A stretch of 64,000 nucleotides of DNA, from the NCBI GenBank assembly GCA_965202585.1, contig OZ241828.1, positions 52,018,001 through 52,082,000 on the forward strand. Reading direction: 5' to 3'. The notes beneath the pieces were generated by a model. It saw only the letters and a program-made list of their open reading frames with translations, was not told where the DNA came from and searched no databases. Below, in pieces: positions 24,489-37,397 of this stretch (the stretch's first letter is position 1; the number at the start of each line of letters is the position of its first letter). The position numbers and the translations under genes are program-made. The stretch is from Thalia democratica (lineage: Eukaryota).

Positions 24489-24937
24489 CAGGGTTGCCGA
24501 AAAACCTGGAATCTTAGAAAAACGTAAAATTCGGGAAATTTTGATAAAAAACTGGAATTTTGAACAAAAATCACTAAAAAACCTGGAATTTTAAATAACT
24601 TTTACAACTAAAGTAATCAAATTTCAATTTGACACAAAAATCTGTCATATAGATATTTATCAAATAGTTATTAATTTTTTTTAAAATAAAAAAATTATAT
24701 ACAATATCTTTCGTTCTAGACAAGACGTTAAAAGGTATCCAAATAGTGTACGACTTAATAACCGAAAGTTTCTTTGTGCATCAAGTCCTTGGACCAAATA
24801 TTTTGATCGTTTTTAATTTTGTTTTACTAATTACAACAGTGTTTCACCTTAAACTTTATTTTACACTAAAAATAGACCCAAAAACTTGTACCTTCGAAAA
24901 TCTGGAAGACATTTCTTAAAAAAGTTTGGCAACCCTA
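24489..24937. mobile_element. CAGGGTTGCC-terminal MITE with 6-bp TSD taaaat
   Basis: taaaat|cagggttgcc ... ggcaacccta|taaaat. Contains a nested SINE-like segment at 24716-24805. Confidence 0.75.
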
Positions 24938-25698
24938 TAAAAATACATTCGAAATCAAAATTCTAAGGTTAAATTATTGTTACGCTTTCACTTATATGGT
25001 AAGAAACACTTTTAAAAAATATATGAAAAGGTCTCTGCTACTTACAATACAAAATTAAGTTAAATTAATTCTAAACAGTTCAGCACTGAAAATTTCATAC
25101 ATATGCTTGATTATGATTCTACACTTACGGTTTTATAAATATCCTTTATATTTAATTAATTTAATGATTTTTTTATTTTTTAGACAATTTTTTTAATGTT
25201 AATTTACAGTTTAATGTTTTTCTTGATTAGTCATTATACTTATCATAAGTTTCTAAGTGCTCTAACAAAGCAAATAGTAAGTAAAAATCAAGTAAAATTT
25301 TTAATCTACTAGTTTAAAAACACAAAAAGTAATAGAACTTTAATAAAATGGATATGATTTAATTTTAGTTTTAACAGTTTGCTACATATTTGCTCAAATT
25401 TTTCCACAAAAGTGTAACCTTTATTAGATTTTGATTAAACGAAACTATTTAATTATAAAAATTTCACTGTAGTTCTATGCTTAATTATTGTAACAGTCTT
25501 CACAAGCTAAATATTTTTATAACAACCTTTTAGTTTTTTGACAAACAAAGTATAAATATTCTAATAACTCCAAGTTTATAGTAGACTACAGTTTGATATG
25601 TTAAACTAAACTAAAATGGATTTGAAACTACTTTTTCATATAGTAAAAAATCCTAGTATAAAAACTTAAAGCTTTACATGATTTTTGTATACATAAGG

Positions 25699-26135
25699 TT
25701 TGATCATGTCAATTCGATAATCAGAAAATAACCTTTATTAGACTGAGACTGGTTTCCTTATAATTAGGACTTTTTAGTCAGTCTCAACCAAATGACTTGC
25801 AGTTATAAAGCTAAAAAAGGTTTATATTATAAGACATAAATAAACCGTTTGCTGGAACTGATTAGTGACGTCAGCATTGTCTTTTTACGTGCAACGTGTA
25901 ATACATTGTCCACCAGGCAAGACAGCTAGCACCCTCGTGTTAAATAAGATCAGCGAAAACATTGGCGAAAGTTTACTTTAGCTGAAGCCTTGATTTTTGT
26001 ATGCCGTGAGACTAGCTCAAGTAAAAAAAAGTTTGATCATACCAATTCGATCATCAGACCACAAGTCTTCGGTAGACTGACACCGGTTTCGTCCTGACTT
26101 CTGACTATAATTCATTAGTCAGTCAAAATTTAAAG
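25699..26135 (-). repeat. Two decayed minimal hammerhead motifs in a 334-bp direct repeat (retrozyme- or Penelope pseudo-LTR-like)
   Basis: Minus strand 25783-25741: gactga-CTAAAAA-gtcctaattataag-GAAAC-ca-GTC-tcagtc. Minus strand 26124-26075: gactga-CTAATGA-...ggac-GAAAC-cg-GTG-tcagtc. The flanking tttgatcat..caattcgat is also duplicated. Confidence 0.6.
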
Positions 26136-27208
26136 ATTTGCAGTCATCAATATACAAACAGTTTGACATTCGCTAATGTTCGTTGATTTTTGTAAATATA
26201 GTGACTATGTCTTCGAACAGAAGAAATAAACAAAAAAGTTTTTTATGTTGATAAATGAAGCCTTCTGTCATAACACTTTTTTCAAAAATCCCAGAAATAT
26301 TGATTGGATGGTGTTAATTTAAATTGAAAACTTCTTAATCCAGTAAAGACTTATAAAAACATAACTTTTACTATGAACAGTATTTGCTTCGAAAATTCAT
26401 AAATATTTGTTAAGTTTTTTTTTTGTTTTTTAGTAGTTATTACGTTTTTTAATTGAAAAGAACAATTTAGTAAGTAAACTGGTGTTTTACTTAATATTTT
26501 TTTTCTTCTGAATTTTCTTAGTTAACTACTGTTTACAGTCAGAAAAAATAATTTTAGGTTAACAATTTAATTGAAAAATATACTTAAAATGAATTTTCTA
26601 AATTTAAAAAATCTAGTATTTTAAATTTTTTAAAGATATGACCAGATGCGTTAAAAATAAAACTTATTTGGTATAACTATTGCGAAATACTTACAAGCAA
26701 AAAATATAACTTTTACATTTGACTTATTACAGTTTTTTTGAATAAATAAAAACTAAATATGTTTGCAAGCTTAGCTTATTATATTATTAACTGATAAGCT
26801 AAAACAATTAACTAGTAAAGTTAATGTTGACAACTTAAAATAAACATAAAGTATAACTTTATCAGACATTACCTAACATATTTTTATTTTATTTTTAGAA
26901 GCAAAATAACTAAAAGAACACTAAAAATTATTGCATTTCTTATTTTCATTAATCAACATAAAATCTAAATAGAATATTTTTAGCATTTTGATAGTCATTT
27001 AAAAGAGATTTATTTTTAATTTAACGCAGTGTTAAGCTATAAGTAGTAACTTTATCTAAGTTGGTACTTAAAAGAATTAAAATAATAAAGAATTAAAAGC
27101 TTAGGTTTTTTGTTTGGAATAACTTAAAAAAAATGCTTTAAATATACGATATTCCTATACTACTTAAAAAGACAAATAAAAAACTATACTTTTCATTATT
27201 TTTTTTTT

Positions 27209-29264
27209 CTAATAACAAGGTACTTTTACACACGAATAACTATCAAGGCTTCCTGTAATTTCAAAAGCTTCTTCAGACCACTCATTTTTACCAACATCAT
27301 AAAAAACTATTGAAGATGTATTATCGTAGAAAATTATAACTTTATTTCCAATCGAAGTGACTCTACTTAATTCGTCGTATTTAAGTTGCGGTTTAAAACT
27401 GACAAATTTTTTACAAGACCTGTCTAATACCTCACAGTCTCCTCCCTGTTGACTGATAACAAACAACTTATTTCTGGTAACAACTAAATTGTGGTAGGGG
27501 TGACGATGAACCATGTTAGGCATTGATGACCATTTGTTAGCAATGGCGTCATACGATTCTACGGAATTCAATTCCACATGACCATTATCATTACATCCAC
27601 CGGAAACTACGATATTTCCTTCAAATACTGCACAGCTAGAAAATGCTCTTTCTTCTTTCATTCCTGCAACTTCTATCCATATTTTATTTCTTGTATTAAA
27701 TTGTAAGCAAGAGTTAAGAGTAAGCCCTCCGAAAACAAATAAGTTGTCCATGAATGCACAAGCAGAATAGCATCTGCGATCATCAATAATATCACCAACT
27801 TTAATCCAGGTTTTAGTGTCAGGTGAATATTTTACAACAGACGTTATCAATTTTAAATTAGCATCAACACCTCCAACTAAGTAAACTTCTCCTTTTATGC
27901 AAGCTGAATATGCACAGTACTGCTTACTAATCGTTGTAGGAACAACTTTTATACTTTTTAAATCATTTATTTTTGTGTTTTTAACATTCTTCGCCACTTT
28001 AAAACAAGTTTCTTCAAAACCACAGAAAATTATTGTATCAAACTTTTTTTGGTTGCAATACCTAGTTGTATAGTATTTGTTTAGTTTATTTTGAAAGAAG
28101 GTATCTTTGCTTGCTACTATTTCTTTTACTACATGAAAAAAATCACTTTTTTCTGTGAATGATGAAACATCGTTTAAAACACAATTTAGTGCACAATAAG
28201 ACAACAAATGAAACCGAACTGTTGTTAGCAACTGTTTTGCATACTTACTACGCTCTTCTTTTTTGTGTTTCAACCATTTAATAGCTGCATTAAATACTTC
28301 AATTTCAGAGTGAATATTTAGTTCTGAGCTTGAAAGTATTTTCAAAACCAGTTTAAAACTTAGCTCTAAGTAATTTTGGGTTTCAACTACCATTGTATAG
28401 CAACGTTGTATGTAGTTTTGAGTTGTTTCCGCGAGATTTGATAAGTTGTAGAGTTTAGCTAAACTGTAAAAAATTGTAACATTTTTAACAGATATTTTGT
28501 CTTCAAAAAATTTAATTTCTTCGTTTTTTATATTTTCATCGAGCATAAGTTTCTTCAGATTGAAAGTAAAAACTAGATTGTTTTTTTCTTGCTTTGTTTT
28601 AACTGAAATTAAAAATTTGTTTTAGTATTTTTACCAAGAATAACTATCATTTTTTACTTTTTAATATTATTGCTTGTTTTTATTATAATATTTTGAATAC
28701 TTATTCTTAGCTTCATAAAACAAACTATGGCATATAATATACAATTTTAACTTGATTTTTAAAACTTATTAAAATGATAAACCAAGTATTATTTTAAACT
28801 AGACTCTTTTAAGTGATCATTTTGATTAAATCAATAAAACTGTTATACTTATATCTTAATAAGATTTGTCTTTGTAAAATCTAGATATTCTACAGTTTAT
28901 AAACTCTAGAGACCTACTTAAAAACTTCGGCAAATAAAACAACACTAACGCTAAGTAAATTAAACATTGATAGATCTGTTTTTTTATTAGTAAAATGCAC
29001 ATCTAATAATTAAGGTAAATGATTAAATATTTAACCTGGCATTGATAAACCATCACAAGTTTGTAAATGCTTTGCATCCAAAGCTTTAGTACAATCATGT
29101 TTGCAAAACTCCACAAACCCATAGTTCAATAAACCTTTAAAAGTTTTATCAGAACTAACTAATTCTTCGAAAACAACTTTTGAACTATTTTCCTTTAAAT
29201 TTGTTTTATTCTTATTCTTTTCTGTTGATACCAACTGACAACCTTTTGACAATCTTGTATCCAT
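27209..29264 (-). CDS. Kelch-like protein (BACK domain + kelch repeats, no recognisable BTB); predicted 2 exons, 540 aa
   Basis: The 445-aa ORF has BACK motifs (LELSFKLVLKILSSSELNIHSEIEVFNAAIKW) and kelch GG motifs (VYLVGG, LFVFGG, IVVSGG...VESYD). Exon 29264-29036 (donor G|GTTAAA, phase 1) joins in frame to acceptor ttcag| at 28602. The 5' exon is less certain than the main ORF. Confidence 0.85.
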
Positions 29265-29487
29265 TTTATAAAGTTAAAAGTTATTGCTGATATAATTATA
29301 AATACACAATATCATTTTTTTATTTAAAAAAAGTGAAAATTATTTGTTATATTGATATCTAAAATTTGTGGTTGATTGTAAAAAAATTAATGAAGTTTGT
29401 TTCATTGTATGAAAAACTTTTAGTTATGCTTTCTTGTTCAAGTTAACATTTTGTTTTGGTTAAACACAAACAAAAATACTTTTTTAA

Positions 29488-31602
29488 TTTTGGGAACCGC
29501 TCAGTTCTAACCCGCGCACAATTCCAATTCACTCAATTCCCACCCGATCAATTTACATCGGCATCAAATCCTACCCGATCATTTCCAACCTGATCTAATT
29601 CCCATCCGATCAGTTCCAACCCAAATCTATTCCCACCCAATCATATCCCACCAAAATCATTTTTTTTAATTTTACACAGCAATTACACAAATTTTGCACG
29701 GAGAGTCATTTTTTTCAAAGTGTCAGTTTTGCATAAGTGTTACTTTAAAAAAGAATTTAAATTTTTTATGAATGCATTTTTGCACAAAGCATTCTGTTTT
29801 CATGACAACAATTTTTTACAGCTGCCACTTTTGCACTTCACATTTTCACGGCTGACTTTTTTTAAAACTTTGATGAAACTAAGTTGACGAAGTTTATGTA
29901 AATAAATTTATAAAAAAAAACAAAAAATTTACTAAAATTATATTAAAATTAGGCCTAACCTGTTTAAAAATTAGTTACTTATCAGTGTAAAACTAAACTT
30001 GAAAAAATAAACTAAAATAAGTTGACATGAAATTAAAATATAACTAAAGGCTTATTTAAATTATTTTAAGTAGAGTAAAAAATTATATTACAATTCCTAT
30101 TACGAAAATACGGACAATTCAGGAAATAAGTTGTTTAATTTAAGTTATTTTCATTAATAATATTTCTGTTTGTACTTTGATGCTCATTGATTTTATACTA
30201 CTAGTTCCGAATGTCCACTTTTAACTATTTTATTAATTTAAGACTTTTGCTGTTAAAGCAGCACAATTTCAAAAGAGAGTCTGATAACATTATAATCTTT
30301 CAAGACAAAATGCTGACAATAATAGAAATACAATTTTTTTTGATTTACTTAGAATTAAGATTAATACTTACTAAGGTAGTTCAAAAAAAAAAAAAGAATA
30401 TAAATAAGTGTTAATAGTTTTAGCCTATAATTTTTTTTTATATGAATTAAAAATAATATTTTAGAAGTTACATCAATTATTTTGTAGAAAAGAAAGGAAC
30501 ACTAGAACAAGAATTAGTAAATAGTTTTTTACGCTTTGTACAGTAGATTAAACTCGTAAGACATAAATTTCTTTTAAAAAATGTATAAAAGTATTTACAC
30601 ACAAATCTTGGTAAAATTATGTAATAAAATAGTAATCTACTTAATTTATTGCTTAAAACTGCACTTACACACGATACAAGGAAAAACATTATAAATTGAT
30701 TTACTTTAAACTATTTTTATATTAAACGTTGCTTTTGTGTTTAAAAAATCAACATGTACTAATAGTTTAAAATTAAGTTTTAAAAAGCTGTAAAACGCAT
30801 TAACATACAAAATTTAGAAATTTTTTAACCTAATGGATTAGTTAAATATTTTTTAAATAGAAAACAATGAAAGTGTAAAAGTTTTATTTTACCAAAAAAA
30901 AGTTTTCAAATTGAAAAGTTTTTTAAAGACTCTTAATATTTGTACAACAAAAGTTAAACATCATTGTCAAAAAACTCTGCTTCGTGCGTGTTTTTGTGCG
31001 TCTGTGTATTTTATTTTGTATTTTTGATTTTAAATCAAGTCAAACTTATCTTTAAATTGATTTCTATTAAAAATTTAATAAACAATTAAACAAGCAAAAA
31101 TTTTGTGATTTTTTTTATTAAATTTTTTTTTATAAGTTTTAACTCGCAAAACCCTTTTTAAAGCTTAGTTTTAGGTTAAGTTTACTTTGGTTTTGATATA
31201 TTTTACACTAAATGAGTAGGAGTTGTTTATAAAACAAATTAAAATACGGTTTTAGATTAGTTTGAACTTTTTAAGGTTTATGAATTTTAAACTCAACTTA
31301 ATTTAATACATTGAAATATAGTTTTATATTAATATAGTTATAAACTAATCAAAAATGTCATTGGTGCAAAAGTGACGACTCGTCTAATAGTACGCTTCAT
31401 GCAAAATGAAACCCGTACAAAATGACGCGTGCAAAAAAATCCTTGCAAAAGTGACGAATAAATAAGTAGAAACTAATAGGGTGGGGATTGGTTCGAGTTG
31501 CACTTGCTCCGGTAAAGAACTGCTTCCAGTAGGAATCGTGAGGGTGTGAACTGTACGTGGGTAGGAATTGTGTGCGGGTTGGAACTGAGTTGTTCCCAAA
31601 AA
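29488..31602. mobile_element. 2.1-kb non-autonomous foldback-like element with mirrored two-tier subterminal repeats
   Basis: ttttgggaaccgctcagttctaacccgcgcacaattcc versus ggaattgtgtgcgggttggaactgagttgttcccaaaa (inverted). Left arrays are ttcccacccga then ttttgcac; right arrays are gtgcaaaa then gggtggg/gtaggaa. No transposase ORF. Confidence 0.65.
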
Positions 31603-31867
31603 GTTATGAAAAGTAATAACTAATCAAAAAATATTTTATGCAACCTACAACCAGTCTTATGAAAAAAAAAAAATTGTATTTAAAAAATTAAAAAATCAAA
31701 GACTATAACTAGTAAAGATAAAAAGCATGATGACATCAATAATGCTTTTAATTGTTATATCTTTGCAATCAAAGATTGTTAGAGTGTTAGACTACTTGAG
31801 TGATTTAAATTGCTCTTCATATTTAACTAAATACCATATTATGCTACTTTTTATGGGAACGGGTCTA

Positions 31868-32300
31868 ATATGCACGAAGGTTCAAATATATACGAAGGGA
31901 CACTTTTGCATGAAAGTAAAAAATAAATCAAAAAAATAAACTGGAGAAAAAAAAAGTTAGTTGATAATTAGTAAAAAAAGTTACCGACCGAGGTTAAGGG
32001 TTTGGAAAAACAGTAATAAAAAAAAAACGTAACAAAAGTTATCAAAACAAAAAGAAAAAAACAAAATAAAAACACTCATATAAAACAAATTAAAAACACC
32101 TATATGAACAAAAAAAAACCGACCGAGGGGAGTAAGGGTTAGGGGTAAAAGTGAAAGTAAAAAAAAAATTAATTAAAGTTGATAAATATACAAATAAAAA
32201 ACTATAAACCATGCAAAACTGACACTTCGTGCAAAGTATTTATGTGCAAAAGTGTCCCCTTGTGAAAAATTGACGCCGGGCAAAAGTTTCTTTGTGCATT
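31868..32300. mobile_element. Inverted copy of the TGCACGA/TTAGGG foldback MITE family
   Basis: gttaccgaccgaggttaaggg is the approximate reverse complement of ccttaccctcggtcagtaac at about 21630; tgcacga units on the left, gtgcaaa units on the right. Confidence 0.6.
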
Positions 32301-32622
32301 TTAGACTTCTACTCATTTTTATATATACTAAACACAATAACTGTGTGGAGGAATTTTTAATTATAAAGCACAATAAAATAAAGTAATGAAAACTATCCTT
32401 TAACTACAAAAACTACTTAAGATTTCAATTTAAAAATAAGAGGAATAATAATAGTAATTTAGCTTATGTAAATGCTGTTTAAGAAATGTATTAGACAAAA
32501 AAAAAAAACCTAACTTGAAAGACAATACACAAATAAGTGTTGTTTAAATGAAAACTTTTAACATACAAACAATTAAATAACAGTATTAAATTAGTTTTAA
32601 CTTTTAAAACTTTAAAGAGGTA

Positions 32623-33643
32623 CAGGGTTGCCACTCGTTTTTTCAAATTTTTTTTAGGTTTTCCAAATTTATTTCAGGTTTTCTAAATTTCTTCCAGGTT
32701 TTTGAGACTTTCTTCCTGGTTTTTGAAAGCTTATCTTTATTTAGATAATTTGACAATTAAGTTGTAGGTAAAGATAACATAAAAAAATACTTACCTTTAA
32801 AAAATTTAAATCCTTAAACCTAAAACTATTTAAATCCTGGGGAAAGATACTTGTTTAGAATAAAATAATACTTAACTATTTAAGTTGAAATCAGAAACTA
32901 GTTACAAAAAGTAAACATTGTTAACAAATGAAACTTTACAACATAAATAGACATAAAGTTAATTCTTGAACTACAATACTCATACATACATACTATTTCT
33001 CCCATCATGATAAATATTTACATCATTTTTTTTCCTGCTATTTAATTTTTCATTACATTAGTATTTTGCTCCAGTTGAATAACTTTATATCAATCATTTT
33101 TGGTTAAATTAAACAGCAACTAAAATGCTTTTTTATTAAAATTTACATAGATTGTAAATAATCTAAATAATACTATTTTAGCTTTATAATTTTTTTTTTT
33201 AATTTAAGAAAAATAAATTTTCTAAAGTATAATAAATTAATCTTGTGCTAAAATAGAAGAATGAAATTATACAAAATGTGCGTTGTCTAGTTTACTATAC
33301 TTTTTGGGAAAAGAATTTGAAGACTTTTGTGTTCTCTTAATATTTTTATGTAAAAAAATAGTGACATTTTTGTTACAAGAACAAACTAATGTTTTTATTT
33401 CTTTTCTAATGTTAATGTTAAAACATTATTGTTTCAATAACAACAAAGCTAAAACTACAGATTTATAAGTTATAAAAACTAAAAGTATTTTAAACATATT
33501 TTTTTTTAAATAACAAAAACTCAAACTTAAAAAATTTCTGGTTTTTTTTTCAAAATTTCACAACTTCTATGTTTTTCCAGGTTTTTTGCCTAGATTGGCA
33601 AACTCCAGGTTTTTTCAGTTTTCCAGCTAAAGTAGCAACCCTG
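32623..33643. mobile_element. CAGGGTTGC-terminal MITE with 6-bp TSD gaggta
   Basis: gaggta|cagggttgcc ... tagcaaccctg|gaggta, with subterminal ccaggtttt arrays at both ends. Confidence 0.75.
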
Positions 33644-34495
33644 GAGGTAAGTTTAGGCAGGAAAAAATAACAAAAAAATATAAAACTGTGACTGAGTTAG
33701 AAGTATTTAGCTGAATGGTATGTTATTTACATGATCATAAATTATTATAATATTTTGAAATTTTCATACTCTTATTAGGCTCAACATTCAAAAATTAAAG
33801 TTCAACATTCAAACAGTAAAGTAGCAAGGTAAAAGATGAAGTTTTGTTACAAAAATTTATTTTTTACATTTAAAAGTTGGAAAAATATCGAAATTTGTTA
33901 AGATTGCAATTCAGTATTGTAGTACTAAATGCAATGTTAAAGTATAGTTGGCAGCATAGATTCCAATTGTAGCTTAAACGCAGAAATTTTTTTCTTAAAA
34001 TAAGCTCTTTTTTTACAAAAGCTTTTAGCTTAGTATAAGAAGCCTCTTTAAATCCGAATTTTAATTTTCATAGCATAACGGCTTAAAGGGGAATTACCTA
34101 AAGGGGAATCCCATAAATCTTCTCATAGAAGACAATTTGAAAAATGATTTATCAGAGTTTATTTGTTGTTGTAACGATGCTTGTAAGGCTAATAAAATAA
34201 TAAATTTAAAATATTATAAAAGGTTTTAAAGGTATACTGCTCTTTAATTAAATTAAATTTGAAAATATTAAAATAATGCTCATGCTTAAAAATTTTATGA
34301 AAAAAATAAAAATAATAAATTTATCAGTACTAAAAAGTCATTATTTAGTATGTTTTAAAGTTTCTTTTAGCTATATATATATTTTTTATTTTTTAAGGTA
34401 AGTTCAAATAATACTTTTTAAAAGCTGTGACTTTAAACTTATTTTAAAAATTTTAATGTTGTTTAACATTGTTATATACGCTTTTATATTTTACT

Positions 34496-34555
34496 TTTTG
34501 CTTGAAAAGGTTGCAATCTCTTGCCACCGAAACCGGTCGCGAATAAAATATACAA
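34496..34555 (+). repeat. Decayed hammerhead-containing Penelope-type terminal fragment, copy 1
   Basis: TTGAAAA-ggttgcaa-tctc-ttgccacc-GAAAC-cg-GTC-gcgaataaaat; nearly identical to 36758-36815. Confidence 0.6.
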
Positions 34556-36757
34556 TTTGAATAAATATATTTAATGTTGTTTAACGAAAAAAGGACGCTC
34601 CGCAAAGTATTTTGTATATTAAGCTTAATAAATTGTTTATGAAATCTTGCCAAAACCTTATCTACACTGAAAATACAAACTTTAAAACTTACAAAATATC
34701 CAATTTAATGTTTAGAAGCAAAATAGAGGGTGGAGTAAGTCATATTTTTTCTACAATAAAAAATTATACTTTCATACAAAATAAAGGAAAAAAAACTTAT
34801 TAAAGTCTAAAAATATTTAAAGACTATAATTAAAAAGAATTTTTTTTAGTTTATATATTTGTATGTTTTACTTAAATTTTGAAATGACTTTTATATATTT
34901 CAAAATTTATGATATTAATTCAAGTAACATAGTTTATAAAAAAAGAAATTACTATATTAAATTTACTATTTATTCATACAAAAGTTTGTCAATTTTTTTT
35001 GATAAAACTTTAATTCAAAAAAAACATATTGTATTATATAAAACATGTCTTCTTTTACTTAATTTTTTCACATTCTTGCTGGTCACTTACTCTTAACTGA
35101 AATAAAACAACAGATTGAACCTTAAAAAAATAGGTAAATAAGATTTCTTATTATACCCTATATGCAAAGTTTAATTTAATAATGTATTGCATTATTAAAG
35201 ACTAGCACTGTTTGTATAGTAGCCATGGTGACACAGTTAACAGCACATAGATAAATAAAATTAATGTTAGCCTAATCTGAGAATGTGATAATAGTGTGAA
35301 TATTATAGTATTTTAAGCCCATTTGTTTAGTTGAAGTTCTTATTATTTATAAAAGATATTTAGTTAATATATTTCCCAGTTTATATATAGTTAATAAACT
35401 TGGTTAATATATAACATTTAAAAGCTTAAGGTATGTACCATAAAAGTTTTTTTATTGTAGAAAACTTTAGTTATTGATAGTGATTAGTTAAATAGTTTTA
35501 TATGAACTCTGTTCAAAAATCCAAGAATCACGCACATCTACATCGAAACAGAGGTTCTAGGTCTATTTTATTAAATTTATTTAGAACATGCCAGAATGCC
35601 AGAATTACAATCAACAACAAAACTTCAATAATGAATTGTCTTCTTGTTTAAACATAACCTCAATACACAAAAACCTTACTTTTAGAGTTAGTTTCTGAAC
35701 ATTGTGCAACCGTTTGGTATTTCTTTTTTTTTTAATTTGTTTGTATTGCTTTGCTAAAGCATAAACAATATAACAAAAAGGAACATTATCAGAATTAAGC
35801 TACAGATAAATGTATAAAAAACATCAAAAATCTAAATGCATTGACTAACTACAAAACTTAAAACCTAAAGTTTAATGCACATTAACAATATAGGTCAAAC
35901 AAAAATCTATCGAAAACATTAAAAATGGTTTATTATTTACAGAAAAAAAGGTGCTGCTAACTAAACAATTAAGAAAAACCCTAAGTAATAAATCAATTGT
36001 TTATAAGTAAAAATTGGTTAAATTACTGATATTTTCTACAAATGCAAATTTTGTTTTAATAACTTAACTGAAGTCAAAGTTGTTCAACTTTTTCGCAAAG
36101 ATTAGTTTTATTTGGAAGCTTATTCCACATTTAAACTGAACGATAAAAAGTAATTATTTGCTAAATATCATTATAAATATGACTGCATGCATTTTGTTTT
36201 TATTTCATAGTAACTAATTATTTTGGTAAGGTTCAAAAATGGATGATAATATAACGGTAGATAATTAGTTTTAAAATGCATAAAAAAAAATTTAAGTCTT
36301 TTTTTTTTTGTATTCTAAAGAATAAGTTTTTAGTTTTTTTAGTCTTAAATGTAAGAAATACAAGTAGTATTGCAGCGGTTAAACACTATTCTGTTTTTAT
36401 TTTGAATAGGTTATAGATGGTTTATACAACTTTTTTTAGTAGAAAGACCAGATTGACTTATTGTGTTTAAACTTTAAACGAATGTATACGAAATACAACT
36501 TTTTAAGAATGATAATATCAGTAAATATGAAACTTGAAATAATATAGTTGATAAAATTTGGTAAACGTAACTTCATGTCAGTGAATTGTACATTGGGTTG
36601 GTTTTGTAGTTCTCTTTAAGGGTTTTGTTTAAGACAGCTCACTAAGTTTAATTATTTACAAACATAACATTATATTCTCCTAGCGTAGTTAGTAAATTAT
36701 TATCTAGACAATTTTTAATATTTTAATACAAACTGGAGTTTCATATTTTATTTTTGT

Positions 36758-36815
36758 TTGAAAAGGTCGCAATCTCTTGCCACCGAAACCGGTCGCGAAT
36801 AAAATATAAAATTTG
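36758..36815 (+). repeat. Decayed hammerhead-containing Penelope-type terminal fragment, copy 2
   Basis: ttgaaaaggtcgcaatctcttgccaccgaaaccggtcgcgaataaaat. Confidence 0.6.
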
Positions 36816-37354
36816 CATAAATCTATTTATATAAGCTCTTTACATCCCAGTAAACTGAGCATTCTTTTTTAGTTAAGGCAAATAACTATAATACAAACTA
36901 TTAACTTTTTCCTTAATAAAGTTTATCTTCAGCTAATTTATATTTTTAATATTTTACTAGGCTGTTACTAATAAAAAATTGTTATCATTAAAAGGTTTGG
37001 TACAACCAGTGTATCCTACTAAGTTTAGGTTTGAAAACTAACTAAAATTTAAATAATATTAAATTAACTATTCAGCTAGTTAACAAAAATTAAAAGACAA
37101 AACTTTAGGGATCCAATCAAGTTGTCAAGTTTAAAGTTTTAGTTAAGAAAGACAATGATTTACTATGTAGTCACATTTATCTTTAAATATATTAGTTAAT
37201 TAAAAAACCCTTGAAAAAAGTATTTGCTGAAAAATCCTTTTTAGCCTGTATTTATTTCGGCCATCATCAACAAAGTTGAGATGTGTTTCGCCATTAATAA
37301 TAAACAATTAACTAACCGCTTGGTTAGATCTCAACAGCGGTTTCTTGCGAATAT

Positions 37355-37397
37355 GCCTGCCTGATGAGTCCTAATTAGGACGAAACCGGTCGTAGGT
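37355..37397 (+). ncRNA. Minimal type I hammerhead ribozyme (predicted intact core)
   Basis: gcctgc-CTGATGA-gtcctaattaggac-GAAAC-cg-GTC-gtaggt: stem I is 6 bp, stem II is palindromic, and the ACCGGT palindrome replaces stem III. Predicted cleavage after C37391. Confidence 0.85.
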
